Below, piece after piece: positions 1 through 12,300 of a stretch of DNA of 64,000 bases. The stretch is from Mustelus asterias (taxonomy: Eukaryota). The notes beneath the pieces are model-generated. The model was not told the DNA's origin. It did no database searches and saw only the letters and a list, made by a program, of their open reading frames with translations. A program made the position numbers and the translations under genes. The stretch is from NCBI RefSeq assembly GCF_964213995.1, contig NW_027590119.1:2108001-2172000 (forward strand). The letters are read 5' to 3'. The stretch's first letter is position 1, and the number at the start of each line of letters is the position of its first letter.

Positions 1-469
1 AAAACAAGTTGACACAAGTCATCAGTGTCAGTACAGGATAGAAATTCAGAACAGACAATTCCAGTTTCTATGGAACATTCTTTCTCTCTCAATCCCCAAA
101 AGCTGTGAATCTCCATCCCACACACTCTCCCTCCATTCTCACTCTGCTGTATCTAATATTTACCCTTCCAATTCTCCTGAAGGTGCTGATTGAGGCTGAT
201 TGACAGATCCATGCTCACTCCTTCCTGTCCTTAACACAGAGAGCTGAAAATCTCCACGCAGGCTGCCAAACAGGTACATGTCTATCTGACCGGCCGAACA
301 ATGTGTGGAATATACCGACTGGATTCACTTCCTTACCATTCAGTTGCTGCAAGTCCCCAATTTCCTCCAGAATGAGAAAAGAAATGGAAAGGAGGAAACA
401 TTGATTTCCTCCCAGATGTTGTACAGAGGCGGAAGTTTCAATCATTGGCCAACTTCCGCATTGTGATGG

Positions 470-1040
470 CACAATATAACCGAGCCTGAATTAGCCAATA
501 GGAATAAGTCTGTTCCCATGTGACGTCCTGTGGTTCCAGTGCGCAGGCCCGGGCGCGCGCCCACGGGAGCCCCGCCCCCACCCATTGTTCCCCTCCCTCT
601 GCACCTCCTCGAGCCAAGGTTTCTAGGCAACCGGCTGGCGGCTCCGGCCAGAGCGAGAAGCCGCGCGGTGATCTCCCCCTCCCCCCTCTCTCTACGGCGG
701 CTGCTCCAAAAAGAGATCGAGAGCGACCGCTGGCGGCAGCCGCACTGCGCCTGCTCCGGACAGCTCGGCTCAGCAGCACTCTCTGCGCCTGCTCCGGACA
801 GCTCGGCTCAGCAGCGCTCTCTGCGGCTGCTCCGGACAGCTCGGCTCAGCAGCACTCTCTGCGCCTGCTCCGGACAGCTCGGCTCAGCAGCGCTCTCTGC
901 GCCTGCTCCGGACAGCTCGGCTCAGCAGCGCTCTCTGCGCCTGCTCCGGACAGCTCGGCTCAGCAGCGCTCTCTGCGCCTGCTCCGGACAGCTCGGCTCA
1001 GCAGCGCTCTCTGCGCCTGCGTGCTGGGCTGCCAGCTGAG
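470..1040. promoter_or_regulatory. CpG-island promoter, probably bidirectional between ZNF units
   Basis: High GC and CpG content, CCAAT at 496, TGACGT at 521; ZNF 5' sequence points left (1-330) and a ZNF pseudogene lies to the right. Confidence 0.6.
745..1020 (+). repeat. 38-bp GC-rich minisatellite, about 7.3 copies
   Basis: CTGCGCCTGCTCCGGACAGCTCGGCTCAGCAGC(A/G)CTCT at 745, 783, 821, 859, 897, 935, 973 and partially 1011. Confidence 0.95.
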
Positions 1041-1132
1041 GGAGTGGGGGAGGGGACTTTGCAAAATCTCTTCCCATCATTTTCTTCCAAGTCCCGCAGT
1101 TTGATTTGAAACAGAACAGCTTCTGTTTGTAG

Positions 1133-1668
1133 CTTCACCACAGACTCCAACTTCACACACAGACTCCAACTTCACACACAGACTCCAACTTCACACACAG
1201 ACTCCAACTTCACACACAGACTCCAACTTCACACACAGACTCAAACTTCACACAGACTCAAACTTCACCACAGACTCAAACTTCACCACAGACTCAAACT
1301 TCACCACAGACTCAAACTTCACCACAGACTCAAACTTCACCACAGACTCAAACTTCACACACAGACTCAAACTTCACCACAGACTCAAACTTCACCACAG
1401 ACTCAAACTTCACACACAGACTCAAACTTCACCACAGACTCAAACTTCACCACAGACTCAAACTTCACCACAGACTCCAACTTCACCACAGACTCAAACT
1501 TCACACACAGACTCAAACTTCACCACAGACTCAAACTTCACACACAGACTCAAACTTCACACACAGACTCAAACTTCACCACAGACTCAAACTTCACCAC
1601 AGACTCCAACTTCACCACAGACTCAAACTTCACACACAGACTCAAACTTCACACACAGACTCCAACTT
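1133..1668 (+). repeat. 18/19-bp minisatellite ACAGACTC(A/C)AACTTCAC(C/AC)
   Basis: Directly visible tandem array with interspersed unit variants. Confidence 0.95.
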
Positions 1669-2038
1669 CCTCCTCTGGACAACATCTGTGAGGAAAACAC
1701 TTTCTTTCTCCCCCTGGGAAATACAGAGACAGAGAAATTCTCTGGAACTGGAATTAGAGCCAAATATACTGAGGGGGAAATGTTTGTGATTTTGTGGAAC
1801 CTGTTTTTATTGTCCGAGCTTTTTAAAGTGTAATTTATCCTGTCTATTCAAATACTGTTTCTTAATGCATGATTCAGTGATGTTAATTTTAGATTAATTT
1901 TTAAAGTAAAATTTTTTTTAAAATGAAACATTGTCTTTTAGTTTATTCCATTGGGATTTGTGGGAATTTGTTTATTATAAGGTGACCATGAGGATCGTAA
2001 CAACATTGATATGTCTGGTGTTGTTATATGGTGCATAC

Positions 2039-2239
2039 GATGTGGAGATGCCGGTGTTGGACTGAGGTGGGCACAGTAAGAAGTCTCACAACACCTGGTT
2101 AAAGTCCAACGGGTTTATTTGGAATCACGAGCTTTCAGAGCGCTGCTCCTTCTCACCTGATGAAGGGGCAGCGCTGTGAAAGCTTGTGATTCCAAATAAA
2201 CCTGTTGGACTTTAACCTGGTGTTGTGAGACTTCTTACT
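2039..2239. mobile_element. Penelope-derived palindromic insertion, family A (mirror 48434-48634)
   Basis: Inverted arms (AGTAAGAAGTCTCACAACACC... / ...GGTGTTGTGAGACTTCTTACT); TSD ATATGGTGCATA at 2026-2037 and 2240-2251; hammerhead-like core at 2153-2189. Confidence 0.8.
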
Positions 2240-3329
2240 ATATGGTGCATATTAGGTATATTATTTATGGATTTGTATTACAGTTGATGTTGTTTAATTC
2301 CAGAATAGTATTGTAACTACTCTGTATATTTTCCAGTCAAAGAGTCAGCAGAGCACAAGATAAATCAATTCAGCAGCTTGAGTCCGTGCCCAGTCTCTGT
2401 CGGGGAATCCACTCAGTGCCATTTTTCCTCCATATCCCTGTTCCCCAGTACGTTTAATTCCTTCAAGTGCCCGACAAATTTTATTTTGAAATCACTGGTC
2501 GTCTCCACTTCCACCACTCTCATCGTCAGTGAGTTCCAGAACATGATTGCTTGCTCCCTAAGTCAAGTTCTTCCGCATCCATCTGTCATAGAATCATAGA
2601 AACCCTACAGTACAGAAAGAGGCCATTCGGCCCATCGAGTCTGCACCGACCACAATCCCACCCAGGCTCTACCCCCATATCCCTACATATTTTACCCACT
2701 AATCCCTCTAATCTATGCATCCCAGGACACTAAGGGGCAATTTTAACATGGCCAATCAACCTAACCCACACATCTTTGGACTTTAATCTCTAATCTCTAA
2801 TCATGTATCTCTAATCATGTAATAGAGTTCTGAATATTGCTTACATTTTTAGTCCACTAAATATGCAAATTTTTTATATGCTTAGACACAAGCCTGTGTG
2901 AAGATTTCGGGAATATGTGTCCTGTACATGAAACAGTCAGCACGGATCTGTCGATTAGGATGAATCAGCACCCTCAGGACAATGTCTATTTCAGGTCCAG
3001 CAAAGTGAGAATGGAGGGATGAAGGTTTACAAATTTTCAAGAATGAGAGGAAAGAATGTTCCACAGAAACTAGAATTGTCTGTTCTGAGTTTTTATCCTG
3101 GACTGACAGCAATGATTTTTGTGAATTTCTTTCACAGGCTATTAGAAGGGGAGAATTTACAGACACAAATCTCAACAAACATGACGTTAGGATCTGACAG
3201 AGTCACCCAATTATTCAGGATCTGAATACCATCGGCATTTGAAACTAGAATGGGAAATGTTTGTCTGTCCCTTCAAACTGTTTAAACATCAGTGTGACTG
3301 GAAAATCACTGAGACACATTCACTCGAGT

Positions 3330-4396
3330 GAGAGTATTCCAGTGAACTGACTGTGGAAAGAGCTTTAACCAGTTACACAGCCTGGAAAAGATTGAAGGAT
3401 TCACAGTGAGGAGAGGGACCATGTACGTGTTATCTGTGGGGTCAAACCTTCATCTGAACCTGGAGATGTACAAAGACACTCAGACCATGGAAATGTAGGG
3501 ACTGTGGGAAGGGATTCAATTGTCCCTCGAAGCTGGAAACCCTTCGATGCAGCCACACTGTGGAGACACCGTTCACCTGCTCTGAGTTTGGAAGGGGATT
3601 TCGTGATTCATCCACCCTGAGGAATCACCAGCGACTTCACATCAGGGAGAGGCCATTCACCTGCTCTGAGTGTGGGAAGAAATTCAGCGATTCGTCTGCC
3701 CTGCTGACACACCAGCGGGTTCACAATGGGAAGAGACCATTCACCTGTTGTGTGTGTGGAAAGGGATTCACTCAGTCATCTACCCTGCAGAACCACCAGC
3801 GATTTCACACGGGTGAGGGACTGTTCCCCTGCTCAGAGCGTGGGAAGGGATTCACTCACTCATCGCTCCCGCTGACAAACCAACGCATTCACACTGGGCC
3901 GAGGCCATTCATCTGCTCCGAGTGTGGGAAGGGATTCACTCAATTATCTAGTCTGCTGAGACCCAAACGATTACATACTGGGGAAAGGCCATTCATCTGA
4001 TGTGTGTGTGGGAAGTGACTCAGTGAATCATCCAGTCTGCTGGAATACTGAGGCTCCTCCCCCAATAAGGAACCTGTTCAATGCTCTGACTGTGGGAGCT
4101 GCTTTAAAACCTGAGCCTACCTGAGGGTCGACCAGCGCATTCACACTGAGGAGACCCCGTTCAGGCGCTCTCACTGTGCAAAGAGGTTTAGAACATCATC
4201 TGACCTACTGAAACATCAGGGAATTCACATTGAAGAGAGACCCTGATAATTCCACTCACTACCAGGTTGGAAGCTTCTGCCTGAAATTTTATTTTCCCTC
4301 AGTTTCCAAACTGAGACCATTCACCTGCTCAGTGTGTGGGAAAGGATTCACTTGTTCATCCAAGCTGCTGAGACACCATGGCAGTCACACCTATTA
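3330..4396 (+). pseudogene. C2H2 zinc-finger pseudogene
   Basis: Finger repeats with lost Cys/His (CSEF, CSER, NQRIH, PKRLH), an in-frame stop at 3998-4000 and frameshifts. Confidence 0.85.
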
Positions 4397-4519
4397 GTGT
4401 TCTTTCGGATGCTCTGACTGTGGCTGTTAATTATATCAATAGAGGTTAAGTTTATTCAGATGGAGGGCACTGATTAGATAGTTATAATGAGCAGGTACAA
4501 AGTGGGACTCACTAATATC

Positions 4520-5700
4520 AGAACATAAGAACATAAGAAATAGGAGCAGGAGTAGGCCATCTAGCCCCTCGAGCCTGCCCCGCCATTCAATAAGATCATG
4601 GCTGATCTGACGTGGATCAGTACCACTTACCCGCCTGATCCCCATAACCCTTAATTCCCTTACCGATCAGGAATCCATCCATCCGCGCTTTAAACATATT
4701 CAGCGAGGTAGCCTCCACCACCTCAGTGGGCAGAGAATTCCAGAGATTCACCACCCTCTGGGAGAAGAAGTTCCTCCTCAACTCTGTCTTAAACCGACCC
4801 CCCTTTATTTTGAGGCTGTGTCCTCTAGTTTTAACTTCCTTACTAAGTGGAAAGAATCTCTCCGCCTCCACCCTATCCAGCCCCCGCATTATCTTATAAG
4901 TCTCCATAAGATCCCCCCTCATCCTTCTAAACTCCAACGAGTACAAACCCAATCTCCTCAGCCTCTCCTCATAATCCAAACCCCTCATCTCCGGTATCAA
5001 CCTGGTGAACCTTCTCTGCACTCCCTCCAATGCCAATATATCCTTCCTCATATAAGGGGACCAATACTGCACACAGTATTCCAGCTGCGGCCTCACCAAT
5101 GCCCTGTACAGGTGCATCAAGACATCCCTGCTTTTATATTCTATCCCCCTCGCAATATAGGCCAACATCCCATTTGCCTTCTTGATCACCTGTTGTACCT
5201 GCAGACTGGGCTTTTGCGTCTCATGCACAAGGACCCCCAGGTCCCTTTGCACGGTAGCATGTTTTAATTTGTTTCCATTGAGATAGTAATCCCATTTGTT
5301 ATTATTTCCTCCAAAGTGTATAACCTCGCATTTATCAACGTTATACTCCATTTGCCATATCCTCGCCCACTCACTCAGCCTGTCCAAATCTCTCTGCAGA
5401 TCTTCTCCGTCCTCCACACGATTCACTTTTCCACTTATCTTTGTGTCGTCTGCAAACTTCGTTACCCTACACTCCGTCCCCTCCTCCAGATCATCTATAT
5501 AAATGGTAAACAGTTGCGGCCCGAGTACCGATCCCTGCGGCACGCCACTAGTTACCTTCCTCCAACCGGAAAAACACCCATTTATTCCGACTCTTTGCTT
5601 CCTGTCGGATAGCCAGTCCCCAATCCACTTTAACACACTACCCCCAACTCCGTGTGCCCTAATCTTCTTCAGCAGCCTTTTATGGGGCACCTTATCAAAC
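4520..5700 (-). mobile_element. Young 5'-truncated CR1/HER1-type LINE, present only in the left arm
   Basis: Uninterrupted 357-aa RT C-terminus (SGVPQGSVLGP, KFADD, RPQLEYC); 3' tail (TTCTTATG)n; the right arm has the empty site (ACTAATATAACTTGG, near 46330-46346). Confidence 0.93.
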
Positions 5701-5724
5701 GATAAATATAACTTGGAGTCAGAG

Positions 5725-6110
5725 TTGAACCTGTAATGTTTGATTCTGTGAACAAATCTAGACCAAATAAAGATTGACTCCGCCCCAAGGCTGTCAGGAT
5801 TATAACATGGTAACAGAAAATGCTTGTCTTATGGTGAAGGTTGGAAACTAAAAGAAAGTATATTTCAGACGGAAGCTGACAATCCCAGCAGCTTTTGTGA
5901 GAAATGACTGAAAGGCAGTGGGAATTGTCAGGGTCTGATTACCTGCTGATGCTCTCGGAGTCTGAACCATACAACCAGTGGAAGAATGAAGTGGCGATGT
6001 GGACACGGGTTACATCCCGATCAAGGAGGAAACAAGATCTGGCCTTGGCATTGTCACTTCCTAACACAAGGAAAATCAGCAACAAAGCATTTTCTGATCA
6101 GCCAAACTGC
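5725..6110 (+). mobile_element. LTR-retrotransposon remnant: LTR end, primer-binding site and gag N-terminus (mirror at 45960-46320)
   Basis: AATAAA at 5766, ...TATAACA end, then TGGTAACAGA at 5808 (resembles the tRNA-iMet PBS TGGTAGCAGA); short ORF with PYNQWKNEVAMWTRVT...LALALSLP. Confidence 0.55.
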
Positions 6111-8484
6111 AAGTTGATACCTGCACTGGCACGGATGATTCATGTAAAGAATTCACTTCAGGTGGTTGGAGGGTAGAATCCCTGTCAATTGGTCTACGGG
6201 AGAAATCCCAGATTCCCCTCTGTGCCGGGCGATCGCCCTCCTGCTTTAAAGGGATACAATTAGTTCCATTTTCAGTCATCAATTATCTGATTGTTCCATG
6301 AAAAGAATTGCTCGAAGCAACAAATTATTGGAGAAACCAGAAGAGGGTTCCTTCATGTGTAACGTTTGGACTGAAGGAGAAAAAACATCTTTTTCTTCGA
6401 TTTGTTTTGAAACACTGTTTGTGTGAATTTTTGCGATCCCGGTCAGGACTGTTAACGTTTGCAGAGAAATTCGAACACCCAGTGATTAACTGAAAGAATT
6501 ACATCACAAGATTCCACATTTTTAAACAAAAACAAACTTTACTAAAATTTAAAAAGACAACACTACAAATTGAATACTAGTCAATAAAGATTTATGATAT
6601 AAACCGAGTTCTATTTTTTTACCTCACCCCAAGAGTTTCTTTATACTTAATGATATCTTGAAGGTTCATTCACTTCTGTTCCTAGGACCATCCCAAAGGC
6701 ATGTCAAAGCTCTCCACAATTCACTTTAATTCTCCCCAGTACTCCAGATATTCTCCAAGCTCCAAGAGTTAATGGGAATCCATCCATTATCTTTTCACTA
6801 AACAAGCCTCCAATTTTCCTTTAAGCTCTCAAACTGTGGACTCCTCAGTCCAAACATGGGCTTCACTGCATTCTTGCTGAGGCATTTAAATGTGAGAAGC
6901 ACCCCTGGTTCCAACGGACCTCTAGGCTTCTAGTCCCACAGCTGGTTCACAGCTCCTGGTCCCACAACTGGTAGTTTCCAAGCTAACTGCAGACTGTCCA
7001 TTGGAACCAGGTCATTGATTGGAAAGGACTCAAAAGGTTACGGGGAAAAGGCAGGAGAATGGGATTGAGATTTATCAGCCATGATCGAATGGCACAGCAG
7101 ATTCGATGGGCCGAATAGCCTAATTCTGCTCCTATATCTTATGGTCTAATTCTAACCAAGGCTCCACCCTGAATCACATATCCCCATGGTAACAGAGACC
7201 AGGTGGAATATCTGACAGATTTAGCTTCAAAACTAAACCTTTTTTCCCGAGGTCTGCATGAAGAATTCACCGAACAAAAACAGTACAATAATTGTCAGTC
7301 CCAATGTCTCCAGCTAAAAGATCCAGCTGACCTTTTACAGTTCTTACCTCTCGAGTTTTGACTTCTTAAACCAACATGGGCCATGCTTTGTGACTGCGAA
7401 TTCCCTGAGGGTGTTTTCATCAGATTCTCAATCCAGGTTTTCCATTTTTTAAAAGCAATTCTTGCAACTAATTCATATTTCTAAAACATAGGAATTATAA
7501 AATTAGATTTTTGTAACAAAAACAGGAAGAAATGAAAACGTATCACCTTCATAATATCCCATTTAGAATATTACAATATACAACATGCTGTATATCTTAA
7601 CAACAGCCATGATCTTATTGAATGGTGGAGCAGGCTCGAAGGGCCAAATGGCCAACTCCTGTTCCGAAGTCCACTGTTTTCCTATGTTGATCTATCTTAT
7701 AACCTGCAACAGACATAATAATCCCTCCATTGTCCACTTCACATTCACAAGTCCAGCTTGGTAACAGCACACTGCTGGGTTCCATGTCCAGGAATCTCAG
7801 TCCGCTGAAGATGGAAATTACTGTTTGCAGTCTTTTCTGAAAGTTTTCTTCTTTCAGTAATTATAGTCCAAAGTTCCTCCTGCAAAAGGAGAGTCTTCAC
7901 TGCTGTTCATTTGTGAATTTTCAAGTTCTATTTTGAAAACAGTCTGTACAGAGTTCACATTTTGAAATTTATTTTCTTCCATGTTTGTAGTTCCTCCATT
8001 GTTTAAATCCAGAGAGAATATTCCACTCAATTCCACATTGAAACTGTCTTCTCCTTGCTCAGTTATAGCTGATTCCTTTATTGTCCAGGACAATATATTC
8101 ACAATATCTTTAAAACAGAAATTAAACATTCCCATTTGATTTCAGACAGTAACATATTCTGTTCATTTGTTCTTTATTGTCAATGTCAGGCTGGTGTTGT
8201 TCTCCTTGGAGCAAAGGAGGTTGAGGGGAGATTTGATAGAGGTGGACAAGATTCTGACAGGTTTAGATAAGGTGGACAAAGAAAAGCTGTTCCCATTAGC
8301 TGAAGGGACAAGGACGAGGGGGACACAGATTTCTTGTTTTGGGTCAGAGATGCAAGCGGGGAGGGGAGATGTGAGGAAGAATATTCTGATGCAGCGAATG
8401 GTAATGACCTGAAACTCGCTGCCTACGAGGGTGGAGGAAGTGGAGACAATAAACAATTACAAAGGAAATTGGATGAGCATTTGG

Positions 8485-9110
8485 GCTAATGCCCTCCACA
8501 CCAGGCAACATCCTGGTAAATATTTTCCGTACCCTCTCCAAAGCCTCCACATCCTTCTGGTAGTGTGGTGACCAGAATTGAACACTAGATTCCAAGTGCG
8601 GTTTAACTCAGGTTCTATAAAGCTGCAACATGACTTGCCAATTTTTAAACTCAATGCCCCGGCCGATGAAGGCAAGCATGCCGTATGCCTTCTTGACTAT
8701 CTTCCCCACCTGCATTGCCACTTTCAATGACCTGTGTACCTGTACACCCAGATCCCTCTGCCTATCAATACTCTGAAGGGTTCTGCCATTTACTGTATAT
8801 TTCCCATCTGTATTAGACCTTCCAAAATGCATTACCTCACATTTATCCAGATTAAACTTCATCTGCCATCTCTTCGCCCAAGTCTCCAACTGATCTATAT
8901 CCTGCTGTATCCTCTGCCGGTCCCCATCGCTATCCGCAATTCCACCAACCTTTGTGCCGCCCACAAACTTACCAATCAAACCAGTTACATTTTCCTCCAA
9001 ATCATTTATATATATTACAAACATCAAAAGTCCCAGCACTGATCCCTGAGGAACGTCACTTGTCACAGCCCTCCATTCAGAAATGTACCTTTGCACTGCC
9101 AACCTCTGTT
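8485..9110 (-). mobile_element. CR1-type LINE fragment (counterpart 41720-42755, + strand, with intact 3' end)
   Basis: VPQGSVLG, KCEVMHFG and KAYGMLAFI motifs. Confidence 0.85.
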
Positions 9111-9353
9111 TTCTTCTGACTAAATATCTCGAAACTTCCTAACACCTTGTCACTCTGTGATCCTTGTGACATTTGAAACCAGGTATTCACAAAAAGACTC
9201 AAAGAGCATCAGCCCACTGGAGGCTGAGACCAGCCAGTCCAGCACAAAGAAACCCTCTGACCCTTCCCATTGACCAACTGTGAGAATGAACAAAATGCAG
9301 TCCTGGATGCAACTGAGAGCAGAAACAATAACAGCAGAATCCTACCCCGGGAA

Positions 9354-10280
9354 TCACTCGTGAACTTGTTGATGTCTCAGCAGCTGGGATGAAACTCTGA
9401 ATCCCTTCCCACACTGAGAGCAGGTGAACGGCCTCTCCCCAGTGTGAACTCGCTGGTGTGTCTGTAGGTCAGATGAGTTTGTGAATCCCTTCCCACACTG
9501 AGAGCAGATGAATGGTCTCTCCCCAGTGTGGACTCGCTGGTGTATCCTCAGGTGGGATGACCGAATGAATCCCTTCCCACACTGAGAGCAGGTGAACGGT
9601 CTCTCCCCAGTGTGAACTCGCTGGTGTCTCTGCAGGTGGGATGATCGAGTGAATCCCTCCCCACATTGAGAGCAGGTAAATGGTCTCTCCCCAGTGTGAA
9701 CTCGCTGGTGTGACTGCAGGTTGGATGACCAAGTGAATCCCTCCCCACACTGAGAGCAGGTGAATGGCCTCTCCCCAGTGTGAACTCGCTGGTGTGTCTG
9801 CAGGCTGGATAACTGAGTGAATCCCTTCCCACACTGAGAGCAGATGAACGGCCTCTCTCCAGTGTGAACTCGCTGGTGTCTCTGCAGGCTGGATAACTCA
9901 ATGAATCCCTTCCCACACTGAGAGCAGGTGAACGGCCTCTCCCCAGTGTGAACTCGCTGGTGTGTCTGCAGACTGGATAACTGAGTGAATCCCTTCCCAC
10001 ACTGAGAGCAGGTGAATGGCCTCTCCCCAGTGTGAACTCGCTGGTGTGTCCGCAGGTGGGATAACCGAGTAAATCCCTTCCCACACTGAGAGCAGGTGTA
10101 TGGCCTCTCCCCAGTGTGAACTCGCTGGTGTGTCCGTAAGCTGGATAACTGATTAAATCCCTTCTCACACTGAGAGCAGGTGAATGGCCTCTCCCCAGTG
10201 TGGCTGCGCCGATGAACTTCCAGCTCTGATGGGGCTCTGTATCTCTTCCCACAGTCCACACATTTCCATGGTTTCTCCAT
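9354..10280 (-). CDS. C2H2 zinc-finger protein, 11 tandem fingers, no KRAB or other effector domain in the ORF
   Basis: Begins MEKPWKC at the ATG at 10280; eleven CxxC-12-HxxxH units with TGERPF linkers. Confidence 0.88.
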   Translation of the reverse strand: MEKPWKCVDCGKRYRAPSELEVHRRSHTGERPFTCSQCEKGFNQLSSLRTHQRVHTGERPYTCSQCGKGFTRLSHLRTHQRVHTGERPFTCSQCGKGFTQLSSLQTHQRVHTGERPFTCSQCGKGFIELSSLQRHQRVHTGERPFICSQCGKGFTQLSSLQTHQRVHTGERPFTCSQCGEGFTWSSNLQSHQRVHTGERPFTCSQCGEGFTRSSHLQRHQRVHTGERPFTCSQCGKGFIRSSHLRIHQRVHTGERPFICSQCGKGFTNSSDLQTHQRVHTGERPFTCSQCGKGFRVSSQLLRHQQVHE

Positions 10281-10994
10281 GATGCAGGTGTCCTTGCCTC
10301 TCTCTTGGGTGGACAATTAGTTGAAACTTCGTCCACACACAGAACAAGATTACAGTCTCGACCCGCTGTGAATGGTGTGATATTTATTCAGACTGTGTAA
10401 CTGGTTAAAGCTCTTTAGTCAGTGCAGTGGAACACACTCACTCAAGTGTGGCAGAGTGTTGATGCTTTTTCACTCACACTGACATTTCAAATCTTTTCAA
10501 ATCGACAGACTGGACAATCATTTCTCCTCCTGGATTCAAAGTTCGATGATATTGAGATCCCAAGGGATATGACTCTGTCACGTCTAGACGTGATGTTTGA
10601 GATTTCGGCCTGTGATTCCTCAAGATCCTGTAAAATGAGTTTCCAAAAGTCATCAGTGTCAGTGCAGGATAGAAATTCAGAACAGACAATTTCTATGGAA
10701 CATTCTTTCCTCTCTCATTCCCCAAAAGCTGTAAATCTCCATCCCACACACTCTCTCCCCATTCTCAGCAGGTCTGGCAGCATCTGTATGGAGAGAAAAG
10801 AACTGATGTTTCAGAGCTTTGACAAAGGGTCATCTTGACAAGAAACATCAGCTCTTTTCTCTCCTTACAAATGCTGCTAGAACTGCTGAGATTTTCCAGC
10901 ATTTTCTCTCTTGGTTTCAGATTCCAGCATCCGCAGTAATTTGCTTTTATAAGGCTGCAGATACCTCCTCCCAAGTAACATGCGTGTGCCCAAG

Positions 10995-12028
10995 ACATCA
11001 TCACTTGTTTCCCTTATTTCTTTAGCACCCATGGTGCTCTCCGCAGTAAACACAGAGGAGAAGTATTCATTAAAAATCTTACCCATCTCCTGTGGCTCCA
11101 CACACAGATGGCCATACTGATTTTTAAGGGGATCTATTCTCTCTCTAGCCACCCTTTTACTCTTAATATAGCTATAGAACCTCTTGGAATTTTCTTTAAT
11201 CTTACCTGCCAGATCCATATCATACCCTCTTTTTGTCCTCCTGATTTCCCTCCTCAGTATTTTCTTACACTTTTTATAGTCAGAGTGATTCACTTGTCCC
11301 CGATTGCCGAAACCCAATGTATGCTTCCTTCTTTTACCTGACCAGAGCCTCAATGTCCCTTGTCTGCCAGAGATCCTTAAATTTACCATTATTTCCCTTC
11401 ACCTTAACAGGAATATACTGCCCCTGGACTCTTGATATCACACTTTTAAAACCTCCCATTTGCCAGTCATTCCTTTCCCTTCAAACAAACTCACCGAATC
11501 GACATCTGCTCGATCCTGCCTAATGCCCACAAAAGTGGCCCTGCTCCAGTTTAGGGCCTTGACCTGTGGACCTGTCCTATTTTTTTCCAGAACTATTTTG
11601 AAACTATTGGTGCTCCCAATAGTGCTCCCTGACTGACACTTCAGTCACTTGCTCCACCTCGTTTCTTAACTGTCTAATAGAAAGTGAGTCCAGGAATTGA
11701 TGATGAAAAATAAGGAGCTGGGAGATGAATTGAACAAGTATTTTGCCTCGGTCTTCACAATAGAGGATACAGTTAAAACTCAGAAACAGCTGGAAATCAG
11801 AAAACAGAAGTGTGGGATGAACTCTGAAAAAGCACAATTCCCAGGGAAGTGGTCCTCAGCAAACTGTTGGAGCTGTGGGCTGATGAGTCCTCGGGTCCTG
11901 CTGGGCTTCATTCTCGGGTCCTGCTGGGCTTCATTCTCGGGTCCTGCTGGGCTTCATTCTCGGGTCCTGCTGGGCTTCATTCTCGGGTCTGAACAGAGGG
12001 AGATAGTTGATGTTGTTCAATTTTCTTA
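10995..12028. mobile_element. Degraded CR1-type LINE fragments in both orientations (mirrored at 39291-40300)
   Basis: IKENSKRFYSYIKSKR...NEYFSSVFT on the minus strand; ELNKYFASVFT on the plus strand. Confidence 0.75.
11891..11989 (+). repeat. 23-bp tandem repeat, about 4 copies (single copy in the right arm near 39331-39360)
   Basis: TCGGGTCCTGCTGGGCTTCATTC repeated. Confidence 0.9.
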
Positions 12029-12029
12029 A

Positions 12030-12300
12030 CCGTCCGTCGCCATTACCCTCACTGCGCATGCTTCAGGTCCCGCCCCTCATTCACTCCGATTGGTTGGAGG
12101 ACCAGCCGCTCCCGCTCGGTCATCCAGCCCCGCCCCCTCTTCCTATTGGCCTGGAGCTGCCGTCAATCAGTCCCGGGGCATTGTGACGTGGAGCATGCGC
12201 AGTGTCATTGCTGTCCTTGGCGCTTGTTTGTCCCGGAGAAGCGGAGTCAGCGTTAGGCGGTGGCTGGGAGGATTTGGAAACACTTTGTGGATCCGCAAAC
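12030..12300. promoter_or_regulatory. CpG-rich promoter-like region (mirrored at 36270-36520)
   Basis: NRF1-like TGCGCATGC/GCATGCGCA, GC boxes CCGCCCC, inverted CCAAT (ATTGG), TGACGT. Confidence 0.55.

Noticed and set aside
520-1104. 194-aa and 169-aa ORFs in the CpG island
   Set aside because: Translations of a GC-rich 38-bp minisatellite.
745-1668. Regular repeats resembling a CRISPR array
   Set aside because: Head-to-tail units with no unique spacers, eukaryotic context and no cas genes.
1133-1668. CACAGAC in each minisatellite unit as a cryptic RSS array
   Set aside because: The best 12-spacer nonamer (ACAGACTCA) lacks the A tract, and there is no 23-spacer match.
9548-10336. Long alternative-frame ORFs over the ZNF arrays (also 29551-30201 and 40915-41370; [20 protein letters not shown] repeats)
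   Set aside because: Expected by-product of a repeated 84-bp unit with no stop in that frame; non-ATG starts and variable ends.
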